Source of the DNA: a virus
Lineage: Duplodnaviria; Caudoviricetes
IMG/VR virus record: IMGVR_UViG_3300029288_000012
Location: 1,620 to 65,619 of that record
DNA: 64,000 nucleotides
Reading direction: 5' to 3' (one strand)
The translations under genes were made by a program, and so were the position numbers. The notes beneath the pieces are model-generated. The model was not told the origin of the DNA. It saw only the letters and a list, made by a program, of their open reading frames with translations, and did not search any database. Of the stretch, positions 8,079 through 16,101 are shown piece after piece. Each line of letters starts with the position of its first letter. Positions within the stretch are counted from its first letter, which is position 1.

Positions 8079-9071
8079 ATGAATCAATCAAAAGATACAG
8101 TTGCCCAGGTATCCGGGTTTACCCCGGTATTTGACGTTCTGATAGAAGCCTACGGGCAATCAACCGCGCTGGTATTCGGAGCAATCTGGCGCTATTGTCA
8201 AATGTCAGATGGGTGCTGCAAAGCTAGCCAAGAGACGATCGCAAAGCGAACCGGCTACAGCCGGCAAACAGTAAACGCGGCGGTAAAGTTACTTGTCGCA
8301 GATGGCTATCTAATGGCGGTCCGGCCGGCCCAAAGCGGTCAAGTCGTGACTCTCTATGACACCGGCAAAGTGCGATTCAAGGTCGTGATCACCGCCCAGC
8401 CTGGCCCGGATAAGCCTGACTTCGCAGCCCGGCAAGACGTGATTGAATCCCCCAAACCACCAGCGAGACGGGCGGCGAGCGAACCTGTCAAATCAGTTGA
8501 CAGGGGGTGTCAAACTAGTTTACAGGGGGGTGTAAAGCTACTTGACACTAAGATAGATTCTAATATACAAGAAGATATCTATCCTGGCACTTTCGTGCCA
8601 GTAGAGACTGAAGGCATTCAAGAGACTTGTCAAGAGCAAGACACTTCTCTTGAAGTTGAGCCAGCTACACGCCGGCCGAGCGTTTGGCTTGATATCGCCC
8701 GTGATGGTCGACCCGTCAAGAATCAATCGGCCTATGATGCGATTGAAAGATACGAGCAAAAGCAAAACGCGAACGGCGGTCTTGACCTATACCCGTCATG
8801 GTTGCCTGAAAGATATCAAGTTTTCTATGCGATATTCGTTCGCGTGACCGGTATTCAGCCAATCGGGAACCGAGAGCAAAAGTCATGGATCGCAGCTATG
8901 CAAAGACTTCTCGAAGCGAATATCTCACCAGATATCTTCGAGCGAGCCTTGCGCAAGTTACGGTCAGATGGTGTGACCGTTGCTACGCCCTTCAGCGTGT
9001 TCAACACGGCGCGCGCCCTCGCTGGCAGCAAAAGCGCGGGTCCAGGTTTCGTACCATCCGAAGAGTATTAG
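8079..9071 (+). CDS. Phage replication initiator (N-terminal HTH, DnaD/lambda O-like layout)
   Basis: CKASQETIAKRTGYSRQTVNAAVKLL HTH; lies directly upstream of the helicase; internal repeats. Confidence 0.75.
   Translation: MNQSKDTVAQVSGFTPVFDVLIEAYGQSTALVFGAIWRYCQMSDGCCKASQETIAKRTGYSRQTVNAAVKLLVADGYLMAVRPAQSGQVVTLYDTGKVRFKVVITAQPGPDKPDFAARQDVIESPKPPARRAASEPVKSVDRGCQTSLQGGVKLLDTKIDSNIQEDIYPGTFVPVETEGIQETCQEQDTSLEVEPATRRPSVWLDIARDGRPVKNQSAYDAIERYEQKQNANGGLDLYPSWLPERYQVFYAIFVRVTGIQPIGNREQKSWIAAMQRLLEANISPDIFERALRKLRSDGVTVATPFSVFNTARALAGSKSAGPGFVPSEEY
8484..8547. repeat. Iteron-like repeats, candidate replication origin
   Basis: TTGACA-G5-TGTCAA (8497-8513) and TTTACA-G6-TGTAAA (8519-8536), 22 bp apart; CCTGTCAA/TTGACAGG inverted repeat. 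Confidence 0.55.
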
Positions 9072-9074
9072 CCG

Positions 9075-9104
9075 TTGACTCTTTGTCGGATAATGCTATA
9101 ATAA
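9075..9104 (+). promoter_or_regulatory. Promoter TTGACT-18-TATAAT for the helicase
   Basis: Boxes read directly; RBS AGGAG follows. Confidence 0.65.
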
Positions 9105-9131
9105 TCAAAGCATTCAAAACAGGAGCCAGAT

Positions 9132-10445
9132 ATGACAGATCAATCCATGACTGAAGCCCACCTGCTAAAGCAGCGGCAATTAGAACAAACGTTCGCGGGT
9201 CTTTGTTTTATTGACCCGGAGCGCGCCACGCGTGAAGCGATCGACCTGAAGCCCGACATGATATCGGATATCAAGGTCAAGGCGTTTTGGACCTGCCTTC
9301 TAGGCAATGCCCAGGGAGCAAGCCAGGACGCGGATTATTCAGCCCTCGCTTATCAGGCGGCTATCGCAAGCGAAAGTTTAGGCGATCTTCTTGACTGGTC
9401 TTCGACAATGGCTAGCAGCCTACGGATAAAAGAATTTGCCGATGAAATTCGCCGGCGTTCGTTCCTGTCAAGGCAGATAGACCCGGCTATTGCTAGGATC
9501 GTTGGCCTGAGGCAGAAAGGCGATCTAGAAGGCGTGATGGCAGAATTGTCTTCAGCCGTGAATCTGCAAGCGCCGCTAGAAGTCGCTACAAGCGATATGA
9601 CTGATATCGCCCTGCAATTCAATTCGCAAGTCACAGCGACAACACCTTCAACCGTCACCACCGGGATTAGCCCAATGGACCGAGGACTCGGCGGTCTTAC
9701 GCGCGGCGATCTGACAATCCTCGCAGCGCCGCCTTCAATGGGTAAAACAACGTTAGCCCTTCAGATAGCAGCCAACGTTGCGCGGCAAGGGCAAAGAGTC
9801 TTGTATGTATCAGCGCAGATGCGCGCCGTGACCCTGTTCGCTAAATTGGCCTGCGGGAGCATGGCGATCCCATACCGAGACGTGTTAGCCGGCCGCCTGT
9901 CAGATGCGCAGAAAGCCGCCCTGATAGACAACGGATTGAAGATCGCAGAAGCCCTTCAGCTTCTTGCTATCGACGACACGCCAGAACAAGACATTGATGT
10001 CGTGATGCGCAAGGCGCGCCAAACACAGCCCGCCCTAATCGTGCTTGATATGATGCGCGACCTACGGATCGCCGGCAGCTATACGAGCGTGCAAGAGCAA
10101 GTCCGTTCACTCATGAAACGAAGTCAAACTATCGCGAAGACAACCAACGCGGCGGTATTGGCCCTGGTGCATGTCGGGCGCCAAGTCGGAGAGCGCCACC
10201 GTGCCGGAACAGATTATAATAAAAGCGTGAGCATGAATGACATTGCCGATTCTTCAGCAATTGAAAAGGACGCCGATACTGTTCTCATGATGGACTCTGC
10301 TGCATACTTTGACCCGACGCAAGCCGCCGCTAAAACGCTGGATATCGACCTTTGGGTCGAGAAATTCAGGGCTGGCCCTCGCCAGATGAAGATGAATCTC
10401 CGATTGAATTTAGACCGACAATTATTCGCCGGTCGCGAGGACTAG
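9132..10445 (+). CDS. dnaB: DnaB-like replicative helicase
   Basis: TTGISPMDRGLGGL, Walker A APPSMGKTT, S-x-IEKDAD and KFRAGP motifs. Confidence 0.85.
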   Translation: MTDQSMTEAHLLKQRQLEQTFAGLCFIDPERATREAIDLKPDMISDIKVKAFWTCLLGNAQGASQDADYSALAYQAAIASESLGDLLDWSSTMASSLRIKEFADEIRRRSFLSRQIDPAIARIVGLRQKGDLEGVMAELSSAVNLQAPLEVATSDMTDIALQFNSQVTATTPSTVTTGISPMDRGLGGLTRGDLTILAAPPSMGKTTLALQIAANVARQGQRVLYVSAQMRAVTLFAKLACGSMAIPYRDVLAGRLSDAQKAALIDNGLKIAEALQLLAIDDTPEQDIDVVMRKARQTQPALIVLDMMRDLRIAGSYTSVQEQVRSLMKRSQTIAKTTNAAVLALVHVGRQVGERHRAGTDYNKSVSMNDIADSSAIEKDADTVLMMDSAAYFDPTQAAAKTLDIDLWVEKFRAGPRQMKMNLRLNLDRQLFAGRED

Positions 10446-10482
10446 ACCACCTTATTCTCTCTCTTTCAGGAGGACCTATCAA

Positions 10483-10686
10483 ATGTCGAATAATAAGAAA
10501 CGTAATCAGCACGCGCAAGACATGCGTTCGTTGCGCGCCGCCGCCGCAAAAGAATTGGCAGAAGCGCGTCTCGCTTTACGGCAAGCACAGCGCACCGGCG
10601 ACAAGGCAGCGATCGAAGCCGCCCAGGATCGCTACATCACAGCGCGCGACGCTATGGACGCGATCGAAGCGAAGTCTTTCGGGTAG
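10483..10686 (+). CDS. Small basic helical protein
   Basis: RBS AGGAGG. Confidence 0.7.
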   Translation: MSNNKKRNQHAQDMRSLRAAAAKELAEARLALRQAQRTGDKAAIEAAQDRYITARDAMDAIEAKSFG

Positions 10687-10688
10687 AT

Positions 10689-11216
10689 ATGCCAGATGGC
10701 AAAACCCATAATCGCATAACAGTAGCGGCCGCTCCCTTTGTTGGATCGGCCGCGTTTGCGATTAGCGGCAGCTTGACGGTAGGATTATGCGCCGTCGCCG
10801 GTTGTATCACCGGCATACCGATCACGCCAGATCTTGACCAGCCGCGCGGTCGCGGCCTTTGGCGTGTTATCTGGTGGCCTTATGCAAAGGCAATGAAACA
10901 CCGAGAACGATTCTCGCATGACCCTGTTCTCGGATGGGCTGGGCGCATTCTTTACCTTCTCGTTTTATTCTCGCCATTGATTCTGTTCGCATTATGGCTA
11001 GCAGATCAAGCCGGCCTTCCAATCAACCTGACACCTGGCCCCCATACGTTTAGCTATCTTCTCGGCCTGTTCATAGCGAATCTGCTGCATAGTTTAGCAG
11101 ATGTAATCGTATCAGAACTGAAACAAGCGAAGAAGAAGACAAAGCCCAGGAAGAAGCACTCTGGCCAGAGCAAGGCAAAACGAACGAAAAGCCGAAAAGC
11201 CCTTGACATTCTATAA
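10689..11216 (+). CDS. DUF2227-like metal-binding membrane protein
   Basis: MPDGKTH, PDLD, IWWPY and HRERFSH-P motifs with TM segments. Confidence 0.75.
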   Translation: MPDGKTHNRITVAAAPFVGSAAFAISGSLTVGLCAVAGCITGIPITPDLDQPRGRGLWRVIWWPYAKAMKHRERFSHDPVLGWAGRILYLLVLFSPLILFALWLADQAGLPINLTPGPHTFSYLLGLFIANLLHSLADVIVSELKQAKKKTKPRKKHSGQSKAKRTKSRKALDIL

Positions 11217-11231
11217 GCGACCTGCTATCAT
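11203..11231 (+). promoter_or_regulatory. Cassette-type promoter TTGACA-17-TATCAT
   Basis: TTGACATTCTATAAG spacer as in other copies. Confidence 0.7.
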
Positions 11232-11266
11232 AATGGCAGATAAATCAATCAGCAAAGGAGACAGAG

Positions 11267-11770
11267 ATGACATTCCAAGATTATATTGATGCTGCAAAGG
11301 CAGCGAAGGCAGCGAAAGACAAGGCGAACACCGAACGCGCATGGCAGAAGATCAAGGCGCTTGTACCGGATGAATTCATCCCATTCACAAACGAAGACGA
11401 AGTCGGCGGGATGAAATGCTTTATCGTGAGCGTGCCTGGAGCGGTAGCGCCGATTCGGGTAGCGGACGTCGAAGGGTATGACGTTCCTGAGGTTGACCCT
11501 CGTTACCACCTGCCTGATTGGGGATCGGACTCTACCGCCCGCTTTTATGACTTTGACGCGGCGCTTCTCGCTGCAATGGAAGGCGTTAACCGGCGATCAA
11601 GTGAAGCCCGCCGCGAAGAGATGGCGCGGCGCGAAAAGGTTGATTCTGCAATTGTCGAATACACAGAACGCGGCGGCTTCATGAATCTGGCGATTGCCGC
11701 CCTGTATACAATCCGGGAATTGACTCGTCAGCTTCGCGTCCTGAATGACTCACGCGGCAATTACGACTAA
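11267..11770 (+). CDS. Hypothetical protein
   Basis: RBS AAGGAG, own promoter. Confidence 0.75.
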   Translation: MTFQDYIDAAKAAKAAKDKANTERAWQKIKALVPDEFIPFTNEDEVGGMKCFIVSVPGAVAPIRVADVEGYDVPEVDPRYHLPDWGSDSTARFYDFDAALLAAMEGVNRRSSEARREEMARREKVDSAIVEYTERGGFMNLAIAALYTIRELTRQLRVLNDSRGNYD

Positions 11771-11824
11771 AGTTTAGCCGGCGGCTCCCCGGCTTTACCC
11801 CGACCGTTTGACTGGCGGTCGAAA

Positions 11825-11854
11825 AGAAGATCGCCCTGAAAAGGGCGATCTTCT
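11825..11854. terminator. Hairpin between convergent genes
   Basis: AGAAGATCGCCCT-GAAA-AGGGCGATCTTCT. Confidence 0.65.
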
Positions 11855-11861
11855 GATTCTG

Positions 11862-12236
11862 CTACGCTGCCGCCGCTTGTTTGGCGATATCAGCCAAAGC
11901 CCGAAGCAAGGTGCGAAGGTCATGGTAAACCGGTATGCCGTTTGCGATAGCATACTCGACTTCTTTATCAGCACCAGGGCTATTGCCTGGAAGGCGGTAA
12001 ACGGCGTCACAGCGATCAAGCCAGAGCAAGTCGAGGGCGATCCAGTCTTCGTATCGGCGCGGCCGGCGTTCGTTCCAATGGTGTGAGAGGTGAGGGACGT
12101 ATGGAGCAAAGCCGAGCGATAGTAGCGTATCAGCCACGTCGATCGCCTTCCCTACGTTCGCAGATGGGTCAGGCAGCGAGTAAGGTCCTGCAATGTAGAC
12201 ATAGAGCAATCGGTTTGGTTTGATAGGTCCAGGCAT
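11862..12236 (-). CDS. Nucleoside 2-deoxyribosyltransferase-like protein (DUF4406 / DUF1937 type)
   Basis: VYIAGPYS, PYVPH, LDRCDAV and SPGADKEVEYA motifs. Confidence 0.75.
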   Translation of the reverse strand: MPGPIKPNRLLYVYIAGPYSLPDPSANVGKAIDVADTLLSLGFAPYVPHLSHHWNERRPRRYEDWIALDLLWLDRCDAVYRLPGNSPGADKEVEYAIANGIPVYHDLRTLLRALADIAKQAAAA

Positions 12237-12300
12237 TGGCGTTTCATCCTTTCGAGGTTGATTCGATTATACCTTGACAGCGGCCAGAACGATTCGATTC

Positions 12301-12355
12301 TCTAATCAAACTCTAATCTTCTACCCCTTGACATTCTATCAGAATAGCCTATAAT
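12301..12355 (+). promoter_or_regulatory. Cassette promoter TTGACA-16-TATAAT with TCTAATC x2
   Basis: -35 at 12328-12333, -10 at 12350-12355, perfect ATTCT-ATC-AGAAT spacer. Confidence 0.8.
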
Positions 12356-12370
12356 GAATACATACAGGAG

Positions 12371-12458
12371 AACAGGAGCGGCGACCGGGATAGACCGGAA
12401 ACGCGAGCGCAGAAGTAGCAGCCGTACGCCGAATCACGAAGGAAGCCGCTCCCCTGTT
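12371..12458 (+). ncRNA. Candidate structured leader RNA
   Basis: AACAGGAGCGGC pairs with GCCGCTCCCCTGTT and encloses small hairpins; lies between promoter and RBS. Confidence 0.4.
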
Positions 12459-12484
12459 ACACTCTCAAAACAGGAGCCAAAGCA

Positions 12485-12742
12485 ATGCGCAAAACAATTA
12501 TCAAGACCGAAATTTTGAAACGCGATGGATCGATCGTCAAGCGTTTCAGCCCCGTCAGCGAAGTCGGCACTGGCATTATCTCTATCGCTACAATAGCGAA
12601 GATCGTCGGTCTATTTATCGCCGAGATCGATCCTACCGCCATCGTAATCAGCGGTAGCGAATTCGACAAAGATGGAGAACGCGGGTTTGAAGTCAGCGGC
12701 GAATCTCATGTAATGTTCGTTGTATTCTCCGAGATTGAATAG
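12485..12742 (+). CDS. Hypothetical protein
   Basis: RBS AGGAG. Confidence 0.7.
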   Translation: MRKTIIKTEILKRDGSIVKRFSPVSEVGTGIISIATIAKIVGLFIAEIDPTAIVISGSEFDKDGERGFEVSGESHVMFVVFSEIE

Positions 12743-12751
12743 GAGCCAAAG

Positions 12752-13033
12752 ATGCTTAAAACAAAACTTATGCAAGCGAAAGAAACGGTAGAATCGATCC
12801 AGGGATCGGCGTTCGTTGTTGCAATCGGTTATGTCACCGTCCAGGCTAAACTCGACCAGGAGATCGCCACGGCAAAAGAAGCCGGCGTCTCTGACGCGAG
12901 TATCGCTGCTATTCTCGCATCGGCGAAAGTCCGAGCCAATCGCCACCGCGAAGGCGGTCGCCGTTCTCGCGAAGAATTCGCCGCCGAACTCGCGGCATTC
13001 GAAGCGGCGGTCGAAGAAATCATGAAGGCATAG
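12752..13033 (+). CDS. Hypothetical helical protein
   Basis: RBS AGGAG. Confidence 0.7.
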   Translation: MLKTKLMQAKETVESIQGSAFVVAIGYVTVQAKLDQEIATAKEAGVSDASIAAILASAKVRANRHREGGRRSREEFAAELAAFEAAVEEIMKA

Positions 13034-13035
13034 CC

Positions 13036-13311
13036 ATGACGAAGAAAGGCAGCCAGCCCAGGTTCATACTTCAGCACACCGGGAATCCTCGGCCGCCAAA
13101 GTCGGAATCCGATTGGCTACCCCTCGGCGAATACGCTACCGACCGAGAAGCGCTGCGCGAAATCCAGATCGCAAGCCGAAAAGACCCGATCGGGATATGG
13201 AGCGACTATTACAGAATTATCGACCGGGAGACCGGTCAAGACGTTACTTACGAAACAATTGACCGCTTCTACCAAGAAGCCCTCGTAACTATGGGACTGA
13301 AGGAAGGATAA
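13036..13311 (+). CDS. Hypothetical protein, paralog of 16154-16402
   Basis: Shared pattern H-x-G-x-P...W...W-x-D-x-Y-x-I-x-D...G-x-DVT. Confidence 0.7.
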   Translation: MTKKGSQPRFILQHTGNPRPPKSESDWLPLGEYATDREALREIQIASRKDPIGIWSDYYRIIDRETGQDVTYETIDRFYQEALVTMGLKEG

Positions 13312-13316
13312 AAGAA

Positions 13317-13589
13317 ATGGATACCAAAGGACTCGCTTATGCCGCTGCTATGAATCTCGTTGATCAATATATTGACGCTTGCCGCCTTCACCAGGCCGGC
13401 GCCATCACGACAGATGAACTCACCGCCCGCCAGCGTAATCTTCGCATAATGGGCATGACCATTCACACATTGCAAGGTATTCGTGAGTGCTTTGCCAATA
13501 TCGCGGCCGGCGGCACGATCGGCGAACGCGTGTTGCCAAGACTAAAGAACGAAGCCATTCGCGAGATGTTACATAAAAGGGAGCATTAG
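13317..13589 (+). CDS. Hypothetical protein
   Basis: RBS AAGGA. Confidence 0.7.
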   Translation: MDTKGLAYAAAMNLVDQYIDACRLHQAGAITTDELTARQRNLRIMGMTIHTLQGIRECFANIAAGGTIGERVLPRLKNEAIREMLHKREH

Positions 13590-13591
13590 CA

Positions 13592-13900
13592 ATGCCAAGG
13601 AAAAGCGATAAAGGCGCGGCTTACGTTGCCGCTATGAAGAAATCAATTGATCTTATGCCTGAAGGTAAACGATCTATCTATTACTATGTCGGGCAGCTTG
13701 TTATGTTTCACCTTGCCGGCCAAGACCTTTGGATTACGACATCGTGTCGCGATATCGCGATTGTCAGTTACGGCGGCGGTCACCTCGTAGTACAGTTAAC
13801 TCTTCTTTGCCCAGGGGGGATCATTGAAGTCGAAGCAAACAGCGACCGAATTCGCCCTGCAACCAAAGACGAAATCAAAGCCTGGCGATCCTGGCAATAA
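13592..13900 (+). CDS. Hypothetical protein
   Basis: RBS GGAG. Confidence 0.7.
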   Translation: MPRKSDKGAAYVAAMKKSIDLMPEGKRSIYYYVGQLVMFHLAGQDLWITTSCRDIAIVSYGGGHLVVQLTLLCPGGIIEVEANSDRIRPATKDEIKAWRSWQ

Positions 13901-13919
13901 TCTAATTTGACCATAGCCC

Positions 13920-13961
13920 TGCAAGCGCCTTTGAATCCGGTCGATAGCAAAGGCGCTTGCA
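13920..13961 (+). terminator. Hairpin ending a cassette
   Basis: 14-bp stem TGCAAGCGCCTTTG / CAAAGGCGCTTGCA. Confidence 0.55.
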
Positions 13962-13987
13962 ATTGGCGATCCGCTGGGCCAGGTCCA

Positions 13988-14046
13988 AAACTCTAATCTT
14001 TCTCTAATCTTCAGCTATTGACACGCTATAAGAATAGGGATATACT
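13988..14046 (+). promoter_or_regulatory. Cassette promoter TTGACA-17-TATACT with TCTAATCT x2
   Basis: -35 at 14018-14023, -10 at 14041-14046. Confidence 0.8.
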
Positions 14047-14081
14047 AGGACTATAAGCAAGTGAGCAAGCAGCACCTTTAC

Positions 14082-14272
14082 AGTCGAGAACTTTTATCAG
14101 CTCCGCTTAGCCTATCAGGAGCCACCGCCTTGACCCAAATGACACCGGCGACAAGAGAGGTTCGAGTCCTCTCCGGCAATAGATAAACACGGTCATCGAA
14201 TCAAGTCGGCCTGAAGGTTATGAGGTAAAGAGAGGTTCGAGTCCTCTCCGGGGTTGATAAAAGTTCTCGACT
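14082..14272 (+). ncRNA. Candidate tRNA-mimic RNA with two identical T-arms closed by an 18-bp stem
   Basis: AGTCGAGAACTTTTATCA (14082-14099) is the exact reverse complement of 14255-14272; GAGAGG-TTCGAGT-CCTCTC at 14155-14173 and 14230-14248. Confidence 0.65.
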
Positions 14273-14316
14273 AAAAAATAAAGTCAGTCAAAGAGAACAA
14301 CAGGAGCCAGAACAAA

Positions 14317-14673
14317 ATGACAACCCATTCGACCGTCCATCACTTCGACCAAGAGACCAACAAAGAGAACGTCCGCGTTTGCGCCAGTGCGCTCGGCGGT
14401 ATCGAGAGATTGATCGTTATGTGCGGCGCTAAACTGTTTGTTGCCATCAACGGCGGCATTCGGTTCGCCCTGCCAAAGAGCCACGGCAACAAGTGGAATA
14501 AGGTTGAAATCTTCATCAACGATAAAGACGAAATCAGCGTCAACTTCTTCAACCTGGACCGCGACGGTAAGATAGTCGCTTCGGCCGAGCATGACGGTAT
14601 TCCATTCGAGAACGTGATGGACCTGTTCGAACGCGAAACCGGTCTCTTCTTGACCTTCAGCAACCGTCACTAA
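14317..14673 (+). CDS. Hypothetical protein
   Basis: RBS AGGAG, highly biased codon usage. Confidence 0.8.
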   Translation: MTTHSTVHHFDQETNKENVRVCASALGGIERLIVMCGAKLFVAINGGIRFALPKSHGNKWNKVEIFINDKDEISVNFFNLDRDGKIVASAEHDGIPFENVMDLFERETGLFLTFSNRH

Positions 14674-14685
14674 AATCAGCCTGAC

Positions 14686-14719
14686 TTGCTAGGGCGCTTT
14701 TGCAAAAGCGCCCTAGCAA
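14686..14719. terminator. 34-bp perfect palindrome, terminator-like
   Basis: TTGCTAGGGCGCTTTTGCAAAAGCGCCCTAGCAA. Confidence 0.55.
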
Positions 14720-14748
14720 TATTGCAATCAAAAGAAAGAGAGCGAGAC

Positions 14749-15372
14749 ATGCCCAATAAATTCAAGCCGATCAACTTCAGCCAACTTCAGAGCGAAGACG
14801 GATTCAGCGAAGACGAATTCGATCCCCTGGATGACGAATTAGACGAAGACGAATTCGAGGATGATGAATTTGAGGATGATGAATTCGAAGAAGAAATCTA
14901 CCCAGCTCAGCGCAAGCAAGCCAGGCCACAGCCGCGCCGGTCTTCGTGGGATCGCCCTGCAAGCCGTGAACGGTTTATCAGCCCGCGTGACCTGCCACCG
15001 TTCGACAACAGCCGCCCTTCTCACCGTGACCGGTTTGGACGGTCACGCCCGGCCGGTTTGCCGGGTATGCCAACGCTGCCAGGCCTCGGCAGCTACAACC
15101 GCCCTGCAAAGCGCATCGGCTTATTCGGTAAACGGTCTTCGCCTTCTTCCGGCTACCCATACAGCAGCCGGCGAGAAAACGACCTGCAAGCCGGCGTCTT
15201 CAAGGCGATCGCCTTCGTTCTATGCGGTTCCATGCTTATCGCTGGAGCCTGGGGCATTATAAGCGGTTCAACCGGTCCAATCGGTTTAGACGCTATTGCC
15301 GGGATCGCCTTCCTCGCCCTGCTTGTCGCTTTTACGGTTTGGGCTTCTGGCCAGAAACGGACGTATCGATAA
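14749..15372 (+). CDS. Membrane protein with acidic and Arg/Ser-rich disordered N-terminus
   Basis: DE-rich run (EDEF repeats), then two C-terminal TM helices. Confidence 0.7.
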   Translation: MPNKFKPINFSQLQSEDGFSEDEFDPLDDELDEDEFEDDEFEDDEFEEEIYPAQRKQARPQPRRSSWDRPASRERFISPRDLPPFDNSRPSHRDRFGRSRPAGLPGMPTLPGLGSYNRPAKRIGLFGKRSSPSSGYPYSSRRENDLQAGVFKAIAFVLCGSMLIAGAWGIISGSTGPIGLDAIAGIAFLALLVAFTVWASGQKRTYR

Positions 15373-16062
15373 ATGAATAACGCTACTATGAGAAAAGCAT
15401 TCCTCGCCCTCGCTGCAATCTTTATCGCCCTCACGATCTGGCGCGTCGGGGATTATGTTTCAGCCGTGATGAAGGTCCCGCCTATCATCGCCTACGCATA
15501 CAGTATAGCGGTCGCCGGGTTGATTTATACCTCAGCTTATTGGAGCCGGGTAAACCTCACAGCGAACGGAGACGAAACACACCGAGCCGCCCAGGTGCGC
15601 AAAACAGCGACCGTGATTCTCGCCGCTTCAGTCGTGTTTGACACCGCCTTCAATACATTCGAATCCTTCAGGGTCGCGCAGCCCGTGACCGTGATAGAGA
15701 TCGTGTCCGTTCTTCTCTATGGTATCAGCCCGACCCTTGCCGCAGCCGCTGGTGGCCTCGCCACCGCTTATATCGATCGCCTTCCTACACCGCCAAAGCC
15801 GGCGGCTACCCGACGTAAGGCGCTTATAAGCAAAGCCTACGACGGCCTTCTTGCAAAGCTACTCGGCGGCCTTGCAAGAATCGCAGATCACGAGACAGAG
15901 CCAATCGAGCCAGAATCGCCTGGACCTAGCGCGCCAGCTACAGCAGCAGAGCCAACAAAGCCCTATCGCTGCAAGTGTGGAGCAACGTTCGAATCATTGA
16001 AAGCCCGTTCTGGCCATATCGGCGGCAAAGGCGGCGCAAGCAAAGGTCACGAAGTCGCCTGA
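15373..16062 (+). CDS. Multi-pass membrane protein with C-terminal C2H2-like Zn finger
   Basis: About four TM helices; YRCKCGATFESLKARSGH. Confidence 0.7.
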   Translation: MNNATMRKAFLALAAIFIALTIWRVGDYVSAVMKVPPIIAYAYSIAVAGLIYTSAYWSRVNLTANGDETHRAAQVRKTATVILAASVVFDTAFNTFESFRVAQPVTVIEIVSVLLYGISPTLAAAAGGLATAYIDRLPTPPKPAATRRKALISKAYDGLLAKLLGGLARIADHETEPIEPESPGPSAPATAAEPTKPYRCKCGATFESLKARSGHIGGKGGASKGHEVA

Positions 16063-16100
16063 AGTCGCCTGAAGTCGCCTGAAGTCGCCTGAAGTCACCT
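16051..16100 (+). repeat. Tandem decamer (GAAGTCGCCT)x5
   Basis: Four exact copies plus GAAGTCACCT, directly before a -35 box. Confidence 0.95.
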
Positions 16101-16101
16101 C

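Noticed and set aside
12266-12294. Minus-strand promoter for the deoxyribosyltransferase-like gene
   Set aside because: A TATAAT is present but there is no credible -35 or extended -10 at the proper spacing
12415-12450. Group II intron domain V-like AGCCGTACG
   Set aside because: No complementary 3-prime half, no intron body and no RT/maturase
14130-14260. tRNA genes suggested by GGTTCGAGTCC
   Set aside because: No 7-bp acceptor stem, D-arm, anticodon arm or CCA could be built around either T-arm; kept only as a tRNA-like RNA
14082-14272. Y RNA (YrlA) or 6S RNA identity
   Set aside because: The terminal stem is perfect with no Ro60-binding bulge, no Ro60 gene is present, and there is no 6S-type central bubble; cannot be excluded without cmscan
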